Below are positions 27,924 through 37,021 of a stretch of DNA of 64,000 nt, in pieces. The stretch's first letter is position 1. Every line of letters starts with the position of its first letter. The stretch covers positions 27,427-91,426 of the forward strand of contig CAYTHO010000008.1 of the NCBI GenBank assembly GCA_964437595.1, written 5' to 3'. The translations under genes and the position numbers were made by a program. Source of the DNA: an uncultured Anaerolineaceae bacterium. GTDB lineage: Bacteria > Chloroflexota > Anaerolineae > Anaerolineales > Anaerolineaceae. A model generated the notes under the pieces. That model ran no database searches. It was not told the origin of the DNA and saw only the letters and a list, made by a program, of their open reading frames with translations.

Positions 27924-29402
27924 CTACGACAGCAGTTTTTGATAAAGGGTAGCGTAGGATTGCGCTGAGCGCTGCCAGGAGAAGTTCTGCTGCATGGCAA
28001 AGCGCTGCCGGGCCTGCCAGTTATCTTGATCGGCATAGGCCGCAATGGCCCGCCTGAGTGCGGCGGCCAGCGCCGCGGGGGTGGCATTCTCGAATAGAAA
28101 ACCGGTGCTGTTTTCTGGGATTTGGGTATCCAGAATGGTGTCGCGCAGGCCGCCGGTTGCCCGAGCCACGGGCAGGCAGCCATACCGCATGCCGATCATC
28201 TGGGCCAGCCCGCAGGGTTCGTAGCGCGAAGGCATCAGCAGCATATCCGCGCCTGCATACATCCGGCGGGCAAGCTGGGCATCAAAACGGATGACGGCCC
28301 GAGCGCGGTAGGGGAACTCGGCTTCCAGCTCGCGGCAGGCGGCCTCCAGGCCGGGCTCGCCGGTGCCCAGGATAATGGCCTGCCAGGGAAGCCCGGCAAC
28401 CTGGCGCAGCCCCTCAATCGCCAGATCCACGCCTTTTTGCCGGTCCAGCCGGGTAACCATTACGATTAACGGCATATCTTCGATCCGCGGCAGAACGAAC
28501 TCGCGGAGGAGGGCCTGCTTGTTGACCTCGCGCCGATGCAGCCGCTTGCGGTCGAAATTCTCTACCAGCGCTGAATCTGTTGCGGGGTCCCAGGCCTGCT
28601 CATCCAGCCCGTTCAGGATGCCGGAAGTATCGGCGGCGCGCATTTGTAAGAAACCCTGCAGGTCGCAGCCGAATTCCGGGGTGAGGATTTCTCGGGCATA
28701 GGTGGGCGAAACGGTAGTGATATGGTCGGCGGTTGCCAGGCCCATGGGAAGCGGCTGGTACGATCCCCATGGCGGCAGGCGGTTATCGTACAACGGCGGG
28801 ATGCCATAATCCGTCAGAGCCTGTTCCGTACCGGCGCCCATGAAAGGCAGGTTGTGAACGGTGAGCAGCGAACGGATGTGGTTGAAGCCTGGGTCTTCGC
28901 CGCGGCGCCGGGCCAGCATATATACCGAAAGGGCCGTGTGCCAGTCATTGGCGTGGAGGATGTCTGGGGTCCAGCCTAAGGCGCGGGGCAGCTCGAGGAC
29001 AGCCTGGGAGAAGAAGGTGAATTTTTCACCGTCCTTGCGCGTGTCCAGGCTGTAAACCGGCGCCTCGGCAGGGATGGGGTCGCCGCCGATGAGGTAGACC
29101 GGAAGGTCGCCGACATGCGTTAGAAAAACCTGGGCGGAGACGGGTCCCGTGGGACGGGGTACATCAAATGTAGCAACCTTTTCCAGCTCGGTGATGCGCG
29201 TGCTGATGGCTGAGTGGAAGGGGATTGCCAGGCGAACATCGATCTGGCAGCCATTGGCTTTGGCGGGCGCCAGGGCGCGGATAGCCCGCGGCAGCGACCC
29301 CGTTACATCACCGAGGCCGCCGACTTTGATGATCGGGTCTGCTTCAGCGGCGACAAACAACACGCGCACTACTTTTTGAGAAGAAGCCATTGTTTGGGTC
29401 AC
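27924..29402 (-). CDS. glgA: glycogen synthase (GT5)
   Basis: VLFVAAEADPIIKVGGLGDV is the KxGGL motif region, and the C-terminal half is GT-B-like. GTG start with an AAGGAG RBS. Confidence 0.9.
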   Translation of the reverse strand: MTQTMASSQKVVRVLFVAAEADPIIKVGGLGDVTGSLPRAIRALAPAKANGCQIDVRLAIPFHSAISTRITELEKVATFDVPRPTGPVSAQVFLTHVGDLPVYLIGGDPIPAEAPVYSLDTRKDGEKFTFFSQAVLELPRALGWTPDILHANDWHTALSVYMLARRRGEDPGFNHIRSLLTVHNLPFMGAGTEQALTDYGIPPLYDNRLPPWGSYQPLPMGLATADHITTVSPTYAREILTPEFGCDLQGFLQMRAADTSGILNGLDEQAWDPATDSALVENFDRKRLHRREVNKQALLREFVLPRIEDMPLIVMVTRLDRQKGVDLAIEGLRQVAGLPWQAIILGTGEPGLEAACRELEAEFPYRARAVIRFDAQLARRMYAGADMLLMPSRYEPCGLAQMIGMRYGCLPVARATGGLRDTILDTQIPENSTGFLFENATPAALAAALRRAIAAYADQDNWQARQRFAMQQNFSWQRSAQSYATLYQKLLS

Positions 29403-29416
29403 GAAGGCGATCTCCT

Positions 29417-31390
29417 TTACATCGATTTTACCATTTCGATATAGTCGCTGAAAGTCGTTTCAGCCTCGGATGCGCCAAGGAATTCGATTAGTTCTTTTGC
29501 CAGGCGGGCTTTCCGATTAGCATCCTTGCGGCTCCAGGTGCGGCTCTTGATTTCCAGGAACTTTCCCAAGGCTGGTTTAATAATATCATCGATGTTGATG
29601 AAGAACTCGGTGTCTTTGAAGCGGACCAGGTAACGCAGGCGATCCTTTTCCACTTCCTTTTCCTCGACCGGTTTGAAGTACTCGCGGTAGAAGCGCAAGC
29701 TGTGTACCGCTGGCGCGTAGTAGCGGCTGCGCGACAGCAGCACCGACTGCGGGAACTTCGATTCTGGAGCGCCGATCAGTGTCAGGCGGGCGCGGACACT
29801 GGTGATTTCGCTATTTTTCTCGATGAAGTGATCTTCCCGGAAGCGCAGGTAGCCCTGGTCTGGGTCTTCAAAGGAGAAATAGGTATCGTATTCATGATAA
29901 TGCCGGTGGCGCAGAATTTCAATCTCGGGCCGGCGGAGCGCCTGGAGAATCGACTGCGGATCACGAATGCGCATCTTGCCCTGGATTTCGAAGCTTTCCT
30001 GTTCCATCGCGCCGCCAATGGCGATCAGCTTGGAGAGTACAGAGTGCTCGCGGTCGGTAAGAAAAGCATCGATCTGGCGGGCATACTGCTGGGCGCCGTT
30101 AATCAGCTCCGCTTCGTTCAGCGTAAGCAGTTGGTGGTCGTTCATTACCCAGCTTCCGTTAATCATCACATCCGTCACGTCGGTAGCTTTGGCGGCATAA
30201 ACAATCTGCGCGTAACGGGCGTTGGGATCGCGGTCGAAGCGCGGGGAGTTATGAATCGGCACAAGGTTGATGAGGATCAGGTCGGCGCGTTTTCCAGGTT
30301 CAAGGGACCCGGTGATATCGCCAATATGAAGCGCTTTTGCGCCAAGGCGCGTGGCCATTTGCAGCGCTTGCTGCGCGGGCAGGGCGGTGGGGTCGCCGCT
30401 GGACCCCTTGGCCAGGAAGGCGGTCAGGCGGATTTCCTCGAACATATCCAGGTCATTGTTGGAGGCCGGGCCATCGGTGCCGATGCCCACATTGAGGCCC
30501 GCATCCAGCATGCGCGTGACCGGGGCGATGCCGGAGGCCAGCTTAAGATTTGAAGAGGGGTTGTGGGCGATGCCAGCGCCAGCGTGCTGCAGGGTACGCA
30601 TTTCGCCCGCGTCGATGTGCACGCAGTGGGCCGCGAGCACTTTGGCGTCCAGCAGCCCCTGCTTTTTCACATAAGGCACCACCGGCATACCCTGTTCCTG
30701 GCGCATGTTTTCTACTTCCTGGGCGGTTTCAGAAATATGGGTGTGCAGCGGAACGTCGAATTCAACGGCCAGCTCAGCGGTAGCGCGCAGGATTTCTTCG
30801 GTGCAGGTATAGGGTGCGTGGGGAGCGACGGAAGGAACGATCAGCGGGTGCCCTTTCCAGCGCTGGATAAATTCACGGGCGGCAGCCAGGGATTCTTCGT
30901 ACGACTCGGCGTCTGGGGTGGGGAATTTGAGCACGGTCTGCGAGCAAACGGCGCGCATACCGGCCTCCGCGGTGGCTTTGGCGATATCTTCTTCAAAGTA
31001 GTACATATCGGCGAAGCAGGTAACCCCGCTGCGGATCATTTCCGCGCAGGCGAGCTGGGTGCCCAGGCGGACGAATTCCGGCGAGACAAACTCGCGTTCC
31101 ACGGGCATCATGTAACCCATCAGCCATACGTCAAGGCGCAAATCATCTGCCAGGCCGCGCAGCAGGGTCATAGGGACGTGGGTGTGCGCATTGACCAGCC
31201 CCGGCATGAGCACCTTCCCGCCGCAGTCGAAAACCTGTTTGGCGGTGTAGCGCTGGCGCAGATCGCTTTCCGGGCCGACGGCAATGATCCGGTCTCCCTG
31301 CACGGCAACCGCGCCGGGGGCATACTGATTCATGTTTTCGTCCATGGTAAGGACGGTCGCGTTGATCAGGAGGATATCAAGAGGGTCCAT
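29417..31390 (-). CDS. amidohydrolase (MtaD-like 5'-methylthioadenosine/SAH deaminase) fused to a C-terminal CYTH (triphosphate tunnel / CyaB-like) domain
   Basis: Residues 1 to roughly 440 are MPGLVNAHTHVPMTLLRG..., HISET, GTDG...NNDLD. Residues roughly 455-657 are a beta-rich domain with FEIQGK (EXEXK-like), RFRED and LEIKSR motifs typical of CYTH. Confidence 0.75.
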   Translation of the reverse strand: MDPLDILLINATVLTMDENMNQYAPGAVAVQGDRIIAVGPESDLRQRYTAKQVFDCGGKVLMPGLVNAHTHVPMTLLRGLADDLRLDVWLMGYMMPVEREFVSPEFVRLGTQLACAEMIRSGVTCFADMYYFEEDIAKATAEAGMRAVCSQTVLKFPTPDAESYEESLAAAREFIQRWKGHPLIVPSVAPHAPYTCTEEILRATAELAVEFDVPLHTHISETAQEVENMRQEQGMPVVPYVKKQGLLDAKVLAAHCVHIDAGEMRTLQHAGAGIAHNPSSNLKLASGIAPVTRMLDAGLNVGIGTDGPASNNDLDMFEEIRLTAFLAKGSSGDPTALPAQQALQMATRLGAKALHIGDITGSLEPGKRADLILINLVPIHNSPRFDRDPNARYAQIVYAAKATDVTDVMINGSWVMNDHQLLTLNEAELINGAQQYARQIDAFLTDREHSVLSKLIAIGGAMEQESFEIQGKMRIRDPQSILQALRRPEIEILRHRHYHEYDTYFSFEDPDQGYLRFREDHFIEKNSEITSVRARLTLIGAPESKFPQSVLLSRSRYYAPAVHSLRFYREYFKPVEEKEVEKDRLRYLVRFKDTEFFINIDDIIKPALGKFLEIKSRTWSRKDANRKARLAKELIEFLGASEAETTFSDYIEMVKSM

Positions 31391-31505
31391 AGTTGTTTTA
31401 TCTGTTTCCCGTTTGTCAGTTGGCGAGGAGGATCTTGTTTCGATAATCGAGGACTATTTGGCGCCTGAGCACCTGGATGGCGTTCATTAAGGCCGCTGCC
31501 TGCCG

Positions 31506-32657
31506 TCATTCCATGATATGGCGGCGCAGCATTTCAAGACCGGTATTGACAGCCCATGGGGCGCCCAGAGCGCGTTCGCCACCATAGGCGCGGGTATAGG
31601 GGCAGATCCCGCCAGGAGTGGAAACAACGATGTGTAGAATGTGGTTTTCCGGGGTCTGTTCAAGACTGATGCCGAGGCACGCGCTGGACTGGCATTCGTG
31701 CTGGAAGCGAGCCACATGCTCGCGCAGCGCTTCTGGTGAAGAGGGATCAGGAAGTACCAGAATGTTTCCGGCAGGGAAATGCGCGGGCTCCATGCGCTTT
31801 TGAAGGGCGCCGCCTATGCCGCATTCCACCATAGAAGCGGACCAATCCTTTATCCGTAAGGCGCCCAACACGGTTTCTTCCAGGGTCTCCTGGTCGACGC
31901 CGTACAGGCCTTCCGTGATCCGCTCGCGCACGAGGGCCTCCATTTCCGCGATCAGGTGGTCGGCCTCAGCCATAGAGTTCGCTTTGGCGGTGATGCGCAC
32001 ATCCACCTGCCCGGGGTGGGCCAGCAGGCCTACGGTTGGATTGGGGTTGGCCTCCAGGTCGCCGATCATCTCATCTACCGTGGATTCGCCTACACCGGCA
32101 ACGTGCAGCACCCTGGCTTTGATCGTCCCGGTCAGTTGGAAGCGGTCGCGCAGGTAGGGGAGGATGACATTTTGGGTGAGGTATTCCATTTCGCGGGGAA
32201 CGCCGGGCAGGCTGATGATGCAGGCGTTCACGGTTTCGCAGATGAATACCGGCGCCGTGCCAACCGGATTCTCTACTGGAATGGCGCCAGCGGGGATCCA
32301 GGCCTGGCGCCGGTTATTTTCGGATGGCGTCCGCCCATAACGCTGAAAGCGAGCCTGGATTTGCTCCCATAGCTCGGGCCGGAATTCTACATCTACGCCC
32401 AGCGCTCGAGCAACAGCAGCCCGGGTTGGGTCATCTACCGTTGGCCCCAGCCCGCCGGTGGTGATAATAATCTGGCAGCGCTGCATGGCTTCGCGGATCA
32501 CCTGCGCAATGCGCTCGGCATTATCGCCAATCAGTGTGGCGCGGAAAATATCGACCCCCAGGTCGCGCAGGTTGCGGGCCAGGTAGCGGGTATTGGTATC
32601 CTGAATTTCACCTAACAACAACTCCGTACCAATGGCGATGAGTTCGGCAGCGGGCAT
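31506..32657 (-). CDS. cinA: CinA-family protein (MoCF-binding N-domain; divergent C-terminal PncC-like domain)
   Basis: AELIAIGTELLLGEIQDTNTRYLARNL...ITTGGLGPTVDDPTR. The C-terminal region only weakly resembles the deamidase domain (VECGIGG instead of ESCTGG). Confidence 0.8.
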   Translation of the reverse strand: MPAAELIAIGTELLLGEIQDTNTRYLARNLRDLGVDIFRATLIGDNAERIAQVIREAMQRCQIIITTGGLGPTVDDPTRAAVARALGVDVEFRPELWEQIQARFQRYGRTPSENNRRQAWIPAGAIPVENPVGTAPVFICETVNACIISLPGVPREMEYLTQNVILPYLRDRFQLTGTIKARVLHVAGVGESTVDEMIGDLEANPNPTVGLLAHPGQVDVRITAKANSMAEADHLIAEMEALVRERITEGLYGVDQETLEETVLGALRIKDWSASMVECGIGGALQKRMEPAHFPAGNILVLPDPSSPEALREHVARFQHECQSSACLGISLEQTPENHILHIVVSTPGGICPYTRAYGGERALGAPWAVNTGLEMLRRHIME

Positions 32658-32740
32658 TAATCCTCCTCAAACAGGTTTTATTAAAAATGCAACCGGCGAT
32701 CCAGAGGGCTCACCGGTAATGAAAATCAAACGGTCGAAAT

Positions 32741-32808
32741 CTCATCCCGTAAGGTACAATTCATTTGGAATGGGTTGCCCGGGAGGCCAACAGGCTTACC
32801 GGGATGAG
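32741..32808. other. long imperfect inverted repeat in the divergent cinA/yraN intergenic region
   Basis: CTCATCCCGTAAG (32741-32753) pairs with CTTACCGGGATGAG (32795-32808). That gives 13 bp with one bulged C, enclosing 41 nt that contain nested TTGG/CCAA and GGG/CCC pairs. Confidence 0.5.
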
Positions 32809-32855
32809 ACAAGTTTAGCACGAATTTTGGAATTGTCAAAGTTGAGGATGATACA

Positions 32856-33236
32856 ATGGCGCAAACACGCAAGCAGCGCATTGGGCGGTGGGGCGAAACG
32901 GTGGCGGTATATTTCCTGGAACAGCGCGGCTACCAGGTGTTGGCCCAGAATGCCCGCACCGGGCGCGGGGAGATCGACCTGATTGCCCGCCAGAACAACG
33001 GCTTGCTGGTGTTTGTGGAAGTGAAAACCCGCACCAATGATGCCTTTGGGCTGCCGGAAGAAGCGGTAGATGCGCGCAAGCTGGAACACGTATTCCGCGC
33101 GGCGGAAACGTACCTGCAGGAACACAGCGAGCTTGATGGGCAAGAATGGCGCATCGATGTGGTGGCAATCCAGGGCAGGCCGGGTGATCGGGCCGAGGAT
33201 GTGCGCATTGAACACTTTGAAAATGTCTCTGCCTGA
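32856..33236 (+). CDS. yraN: YraN-family (UPF0102) endonuclease
   Basis: GE..A...L...GY.VL..N.R...GEIDLIAR......VFVEVKTR is the restriction-endonuclease-like core. Confidence 0.85.
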   Translation: MAQTRKQRIGRWGETVAVYFLEQRGYQVLAQNARTGRGEIDLIARQNNGLLVFVEVKTRTNDAFGLPEEAVDARKLEHVFRAAETYLQEHSELDGQEWRIDVVAIQGRPGDRAEDVRIEHFENVSA

Positions 33237-34170
33237 CCGCCCGCTGGTGGTCATCGTTGGGCCGACCGCGGTGGGGAAAACCGAGGTGTCGCTTCGCCTG
33301 GCTGAGCGGCTGGATGGGGAGATTATCTCAGCGGATTCGCGCTTGTTTTACCGCGGCATGGATATCGGCACAGCCAAGCCAACCGCTGAAGAAATGGCGC
33401 GCGTGCCGCACCACCTGGTGGATGTAGTCGCACCTGACGAGCCGTGGAGCCTGGCTGCTTTTCAAAGCGCGGCGGCGGAAGCCATTGCCGGAGTGCATGC
33501 GCGCGGGCGTCTGCCCTTCCTGGTGGGCGGCACCGGGCAGTACATTCAGGCTGTGCTGCAAGGCTGGGAGCTCCCACCACAGGAGCCTGACCCGGCGCTG
33601 CGCAATGCGCTGGAACGCTGGGGGCATGAGATTGGCTGCGAAGGACTGCACCAGCGGCTGGCGGTGGTGGATGCTGAGGCTGCGGCGAAGATTGATGCGC
33701 GCAATATGCGGCGCACCATCCGCGCATTGGAGGTTACGCTACGCACCGGGCGCCGTTTTTCGGAACAGCAGCTCCGCTCCAATTCGCCTTATTCGCTGTT
33801 CATCGTTGGGTTGAAGCGGCCTCGCCCGGAACTGTATCAAAGAATCGATGAACGCATCGAAGCCATGCTTTCGGCAGGGCTGGTGGAGGAAGTACGCGGG
33901 CTGCTGGATAAAGGTTACACCCCTGATCTACCCACGTTATCCGCTATTGGCTACCGGGAGATCTGCGCATACCTGCGGGGACAAATGACGCTGGAGGAAG
34001 CAGTGATCCAGATGAAACGCTTGACCCGGCGCTTTGTGCGCCATCAGGGGGCATGGTTCAGCGAAAAGGACCCGGCTATCCACTGGTTCGATGCCGGGCC
34101 TGGAACGGTGGATGCGGTGGAAAGGATGATCCGGAGGACGGAATCCTGGCAGCCGTTAAACGCGCATTAA
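33223..34170 (+). CDS. miaA: tRNA dimethylallyltransferase
   Basis: Has a P-loop (IVGPTAVGKTEVSLRLAE), ISADSRLFYRGMDIGTAKPT, and GGTGQYIQAV. ATG 33223 overlaps the yraN 3' end by 14 nt. The track start at 33070 is inside yraN. Confidence 0.92.
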   Translation: MSLPDRPLVVIVGPTAVGKTEVSLRLAERLDGEIISADSRLFYRGMDIGTAKPTAEEMARVPHHLVDVVAPDEPWSLAAFQSAAAEAIAGVHARGRLPFLVGGTGQYIQAVLQGWELPPQEPDPALRNALERWGHEIGCEGLHQRLAVVDAEAAAKIDARNMRRTIRALEVTLRTGRRFSEQQLRSNSPYSLFIVGLKRPRPELYQRIDERIEAMLSAGLVEEVRGLLDKGYTPDLPTLSAIGYREICAYLRGQMTLEEAVIQMKRLTRRFVRHQGAWFSEKDPAIHWFDAGPGTVDAVERMIRRTESWQPLNAH

Positions 34171-34318
34171 GGAAGAATTGCACTTGTAATACAATAAATG
34201 TGCCGCACGACATAAGCAAATAAATTATGCTATAAAATAATGTTAAATCCCTTATTATTTCGTAATATCCAGGTTTTATCGATTGGATGATTCTGATGGA
34301 TGACGCCACTGGAGAACA

Positions 34319-36829
34319 ATGAAAACCTCACTGCGGTTAGGGGTGTTTCTCTTTTTGGGGGGAATGGCAATCGTCATTAGCCTCACCGGCTGGGTTCTTT
34401 TCTCCACACAAGCAAAGCTGGCAGTGGTCAGCGGGCAGCCGCTGGCTGGTTGGCTGCTGCCCGTCTACTTGCTGGCAGCCTTGTTCATCGCGGCTATCTT
34501 CGCGGTAGGTTTCTCGAAATGGAACAGGGTTTCAGACCGTGCTGTGATTGAGAAGACCCAGGAACTCGTGCAAACGGAACTACACCGGCTGTCTGCCGGA
34601 TTAAGCAAACTTTCTGAAGGCGACCTGACGGTTCAACTCGACATGCAAACCAACCCGCTCGATGATACCTGGTATCCCGGGCTGCAGCCGCAGGTCAGGT
34701 TGTACAATCACCTCCTTCAAGAAATCCATCAAATCTATCAAAAGTTCAACCAGGTCACCGATGAACCCTGCCAGCGGTTGGTGTATGTTGGGGCCGACAG
34801 TTTTATGGAAGGAAGAACCTGCGCTGAATTAATGGGCCAGGTTCTTCAAGGGCAGGGGAACGTTGCCATCATCACTACCGTGCAGACCCACGCGATGGAA
34901 ATTCGCAGGGCGGGCTTCCGGTCCTTCCTGAGTGAAAATGTTCCGGGCATCCGCGTGGTAGAATTTCTGGACTGCCAGGGGCAGCTTGACAACGTTTATT
35001 CTATGGTGATGGATTTATTGAAGCGCAACCCTGACATAGCGGGCATTTATGTTACCAACGGGTCTACGCCGCATCTGGTTGTTCGTGCGCTGGTGGATGC
35101 CGGTAAGGCCGGTAAAATAAAAATGGTGTGCCACGACCTGGTAGACAGCACCATGCAGGCCATGGAACAGGGGGTGGTCACCACAACCATCAGCCAGGAC
35201 CCATTTGCGCAGGGACATGACCCGGTTATTTACCTGTATAACTACCTGGTGGCGGGAGAAGCGCCTCCCCGGGCAAAGATGACGACCCACATGGACCGTA
35301 TCACCAGTGATAACCTGCATGAATTTTGGGACCCAGAACACGGTGCAATTGAAAATGAAGTGACCCTGGAGCGCCGCGCACGCCCGGTGGAGGCGCTGTC
35401 GAACCGCGAGCTGCGCATTCTCTTTCTTGGGCGAGAGGATATTGCCTTTTATGGCCCGGTGAAGCGGGGAGTTTTATCGGCAGCGGAAGAGCTCAAAGTT
35501 CGCAATACCCAGGTTACCTGGCTTGAGCCTGAGTCGGCGCGCGATGGACACCGGTACAGCGCCGAAGATTATGGGCCTGAAATCGAGAGAGCGATCGCGG
35601 AAAAATGGGATGCCATCGCGGTGCCGGTATATGATAAAGCCCTGGTGCCTTACATCAACCGGGCGGTGGCGGCAGGTATTCCGGTAGCCACATTGAACAG
35701 CGAGCCCAGCAGCCTGCGCAACCTGATCAATCACTTAATCAACCAATCAGAAAACCTGCGGGAAATATCCATTCATCTCGCAGAGTCGGCGGCGCTTTCG
35801 GAGGTACATGCCAATCAGATCAGCGATTCGATTGGGGTGATATCACAGGCCCTGATGAGCGAGGTCCAGTCTGCTGTTGAGGCGATCCAGCATACCGATG
35901 ACATTGCCCAATCGATGACCCTCATCAACGACGGCGCTAAAGATCAGGAGAAAGCGCTCAACAGTGTCCTGGAAGCCATTGATGGCATTTCTTACGCGGT
36001 GAGCAGTACCAACTTTACTGTACTGACGAGTGAGGAAACCGCCGATCAGGCGGTTGTGATTGCCCAGGAAGGCGCAACGGTAATCCACGAGACCTTGAGC
36101 CAGATCCAGTCAATCAGCGAGGCGGTCAGTGCATCCGTCAGCCAGATTCACGAACTGAACAATATATTGAAGCAGATCGACTCCATTGTTGGCACGGTGA
36201 ACGACTTTACGGAGCAGACCAACCTGCTTGCGCTGAATGCTGCTATCGAAGCAGCGCACGCGGGTGAATACGGCGCCGGGTTTACAGTAGTTGGCAGTGA
36301 GATTCGAGACCTGGCGGTGAAATCGAAAGCATCGACCCGGAAAATTGCCCTGCTTATCCACGAGATCCAGAAGAGCTCGAAAAAAATGGTCTCGATGGTC
36401 GATAATGCGATGCTCCAGGTACAGTCGGGCAGCCAACTGGCCGCCCAGGCCGGGAACGCGTTGAATGATCTGATGAAATCCGCCGAGTTGATGAAAACGC
36501 AGATGGAAAACGTGATGCTGGCCAATGCCCGCGCGATCGACAGCCTCGACTACCTTAATGTCGCAAACGAACAGGTTTCTACGGTAGTCGGGAAAAATGT
36601 CGCTGCTACCGCGCAGGCAACCAGCGGCATCCAGCGCGCCGTTGACATGATCAACCAGATGACGGGTATCAGCATCGAGAATTCTAAATCGATCGAGGGG
36701 ATTGACGCCAGCGCTGAAGACGTCGTCACCCGGGCACAGCATTTGAAAGAAGCGATTTTGACGCTGGTCACCATGTCTGAAGAACTGCGAAGTTCCGCGG
36801 CATCGTTTAAGACCCAGGAGATCCAATAA
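34319..36829 (+). CDS. methyl-accepting chemotaxis protein with cytoplasmic, apparently circularly permuted type-I periplasmic-binding-protein (sugar-binding) module
   Basis: Two N-terminal TM helices are separated by only about 12 aa, followed by a HAMP-like segment (LSEGDLTV). A PBP1-like region lies at roughly 34772-35707. The C-terminal MCP signalling hairpin is EQTNLLALNAAIEAAHAGEYGAGFTVVGSEIRDLA. Confidence 0.85.
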   Translation: MKTSLRLGVFLFLGGMAIVISLTGWVLFSTQAKLAVVSGQPLAGWLLPVYLLAALFIAAIFAVGFSKWNRVSDRAVIEKTQELVQTELHRLSAGLSKLSEGDLTVQLDMQTNPLDDTWYPGLQPQVRLYNHLLQEIHQIYQKFNQVTDEPCQRLVYVGADSFMEGRTCAELMGQVLQGQGNVAIITTVQTHAMEIRRAGFRSFLSENVPGIRVVEFLDCQGQLDNVYSMVMDLLKRNPDIAGIYVTNGSTPHLVVRALVDAGKAGKIKMVCHDLVDSTMQAMEQGVVTTTISQDPFAQGHDPVIYLYNYLVAGEAPPRAKMTTHMDRITSDNLHEFWDPEHGAIENEVTLERRARPVEALSNRELRILFLGREDIAFYGPVKRGVLSAAEELKVRNTQVTWLEPESARDGHRYSAEDYGPEIERAIAEKWDAIAVPVYDKALVPYINRAVAAGIPVATLNSEPSSLRNLINHLINQSENLREISIHLAESAALSEVHANQISDSIGVISQALMSEVQSAVEAIQHTDDIAQSMTLINDGAKDQEKALNSVLEAIDGISYAVSSTNFTVLTSEETADQAVVIAQEGATVIHETLSQIQSISEAVSASVSQIHELNNILKQIDSIVGTVNDFTEQTNLLALNAAIEAAHAGEYGAGFTVVGSEIRDLAVKSKASTRKIALLIHEIQKSSKKMVSMVDNAMLQVQSGSQLAAQAGNALNDLMKSAELMKTQMENVMLANARAIDSLDYLNVANEQVSTVVGKNVAATAQATSGIQRAVDMINQMTGISIENSKSIEGIDASAEDVVTRAQHLKEAILTLVTMSEELRSSAASFKTQEIQ

Positions 36830-36836
36830 AGCGCTA

Positions 36837-36885
36837 GTACCCGGCGGCATAAATCCCTCTATGGTTAGCACGCGGCGCCGGGTAC
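36837..36885 (+). terminator. hairpin after the MCP gene (GTACCCGGCG ... CGCCGGGTAC), no U-tract
   Basis: A 10-bp perfect inverted repeat with a 29-nt loop lies 8 nt after the TAA. Its function is uncertain. Confidence 0.3.
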
Positions 36886-37021
36886 TTGCGCCAGGAGGCT
36901 TGGCGAAAACAGTCGGGCGGAACCGGCAAATAACAACATAGGTATTTACGCCCGACTGTACTAGATGGATTGTACAAAGAAACCCGGGCAGTCTTTGATT
37001 TGATAAAATGTCTTCATATGG

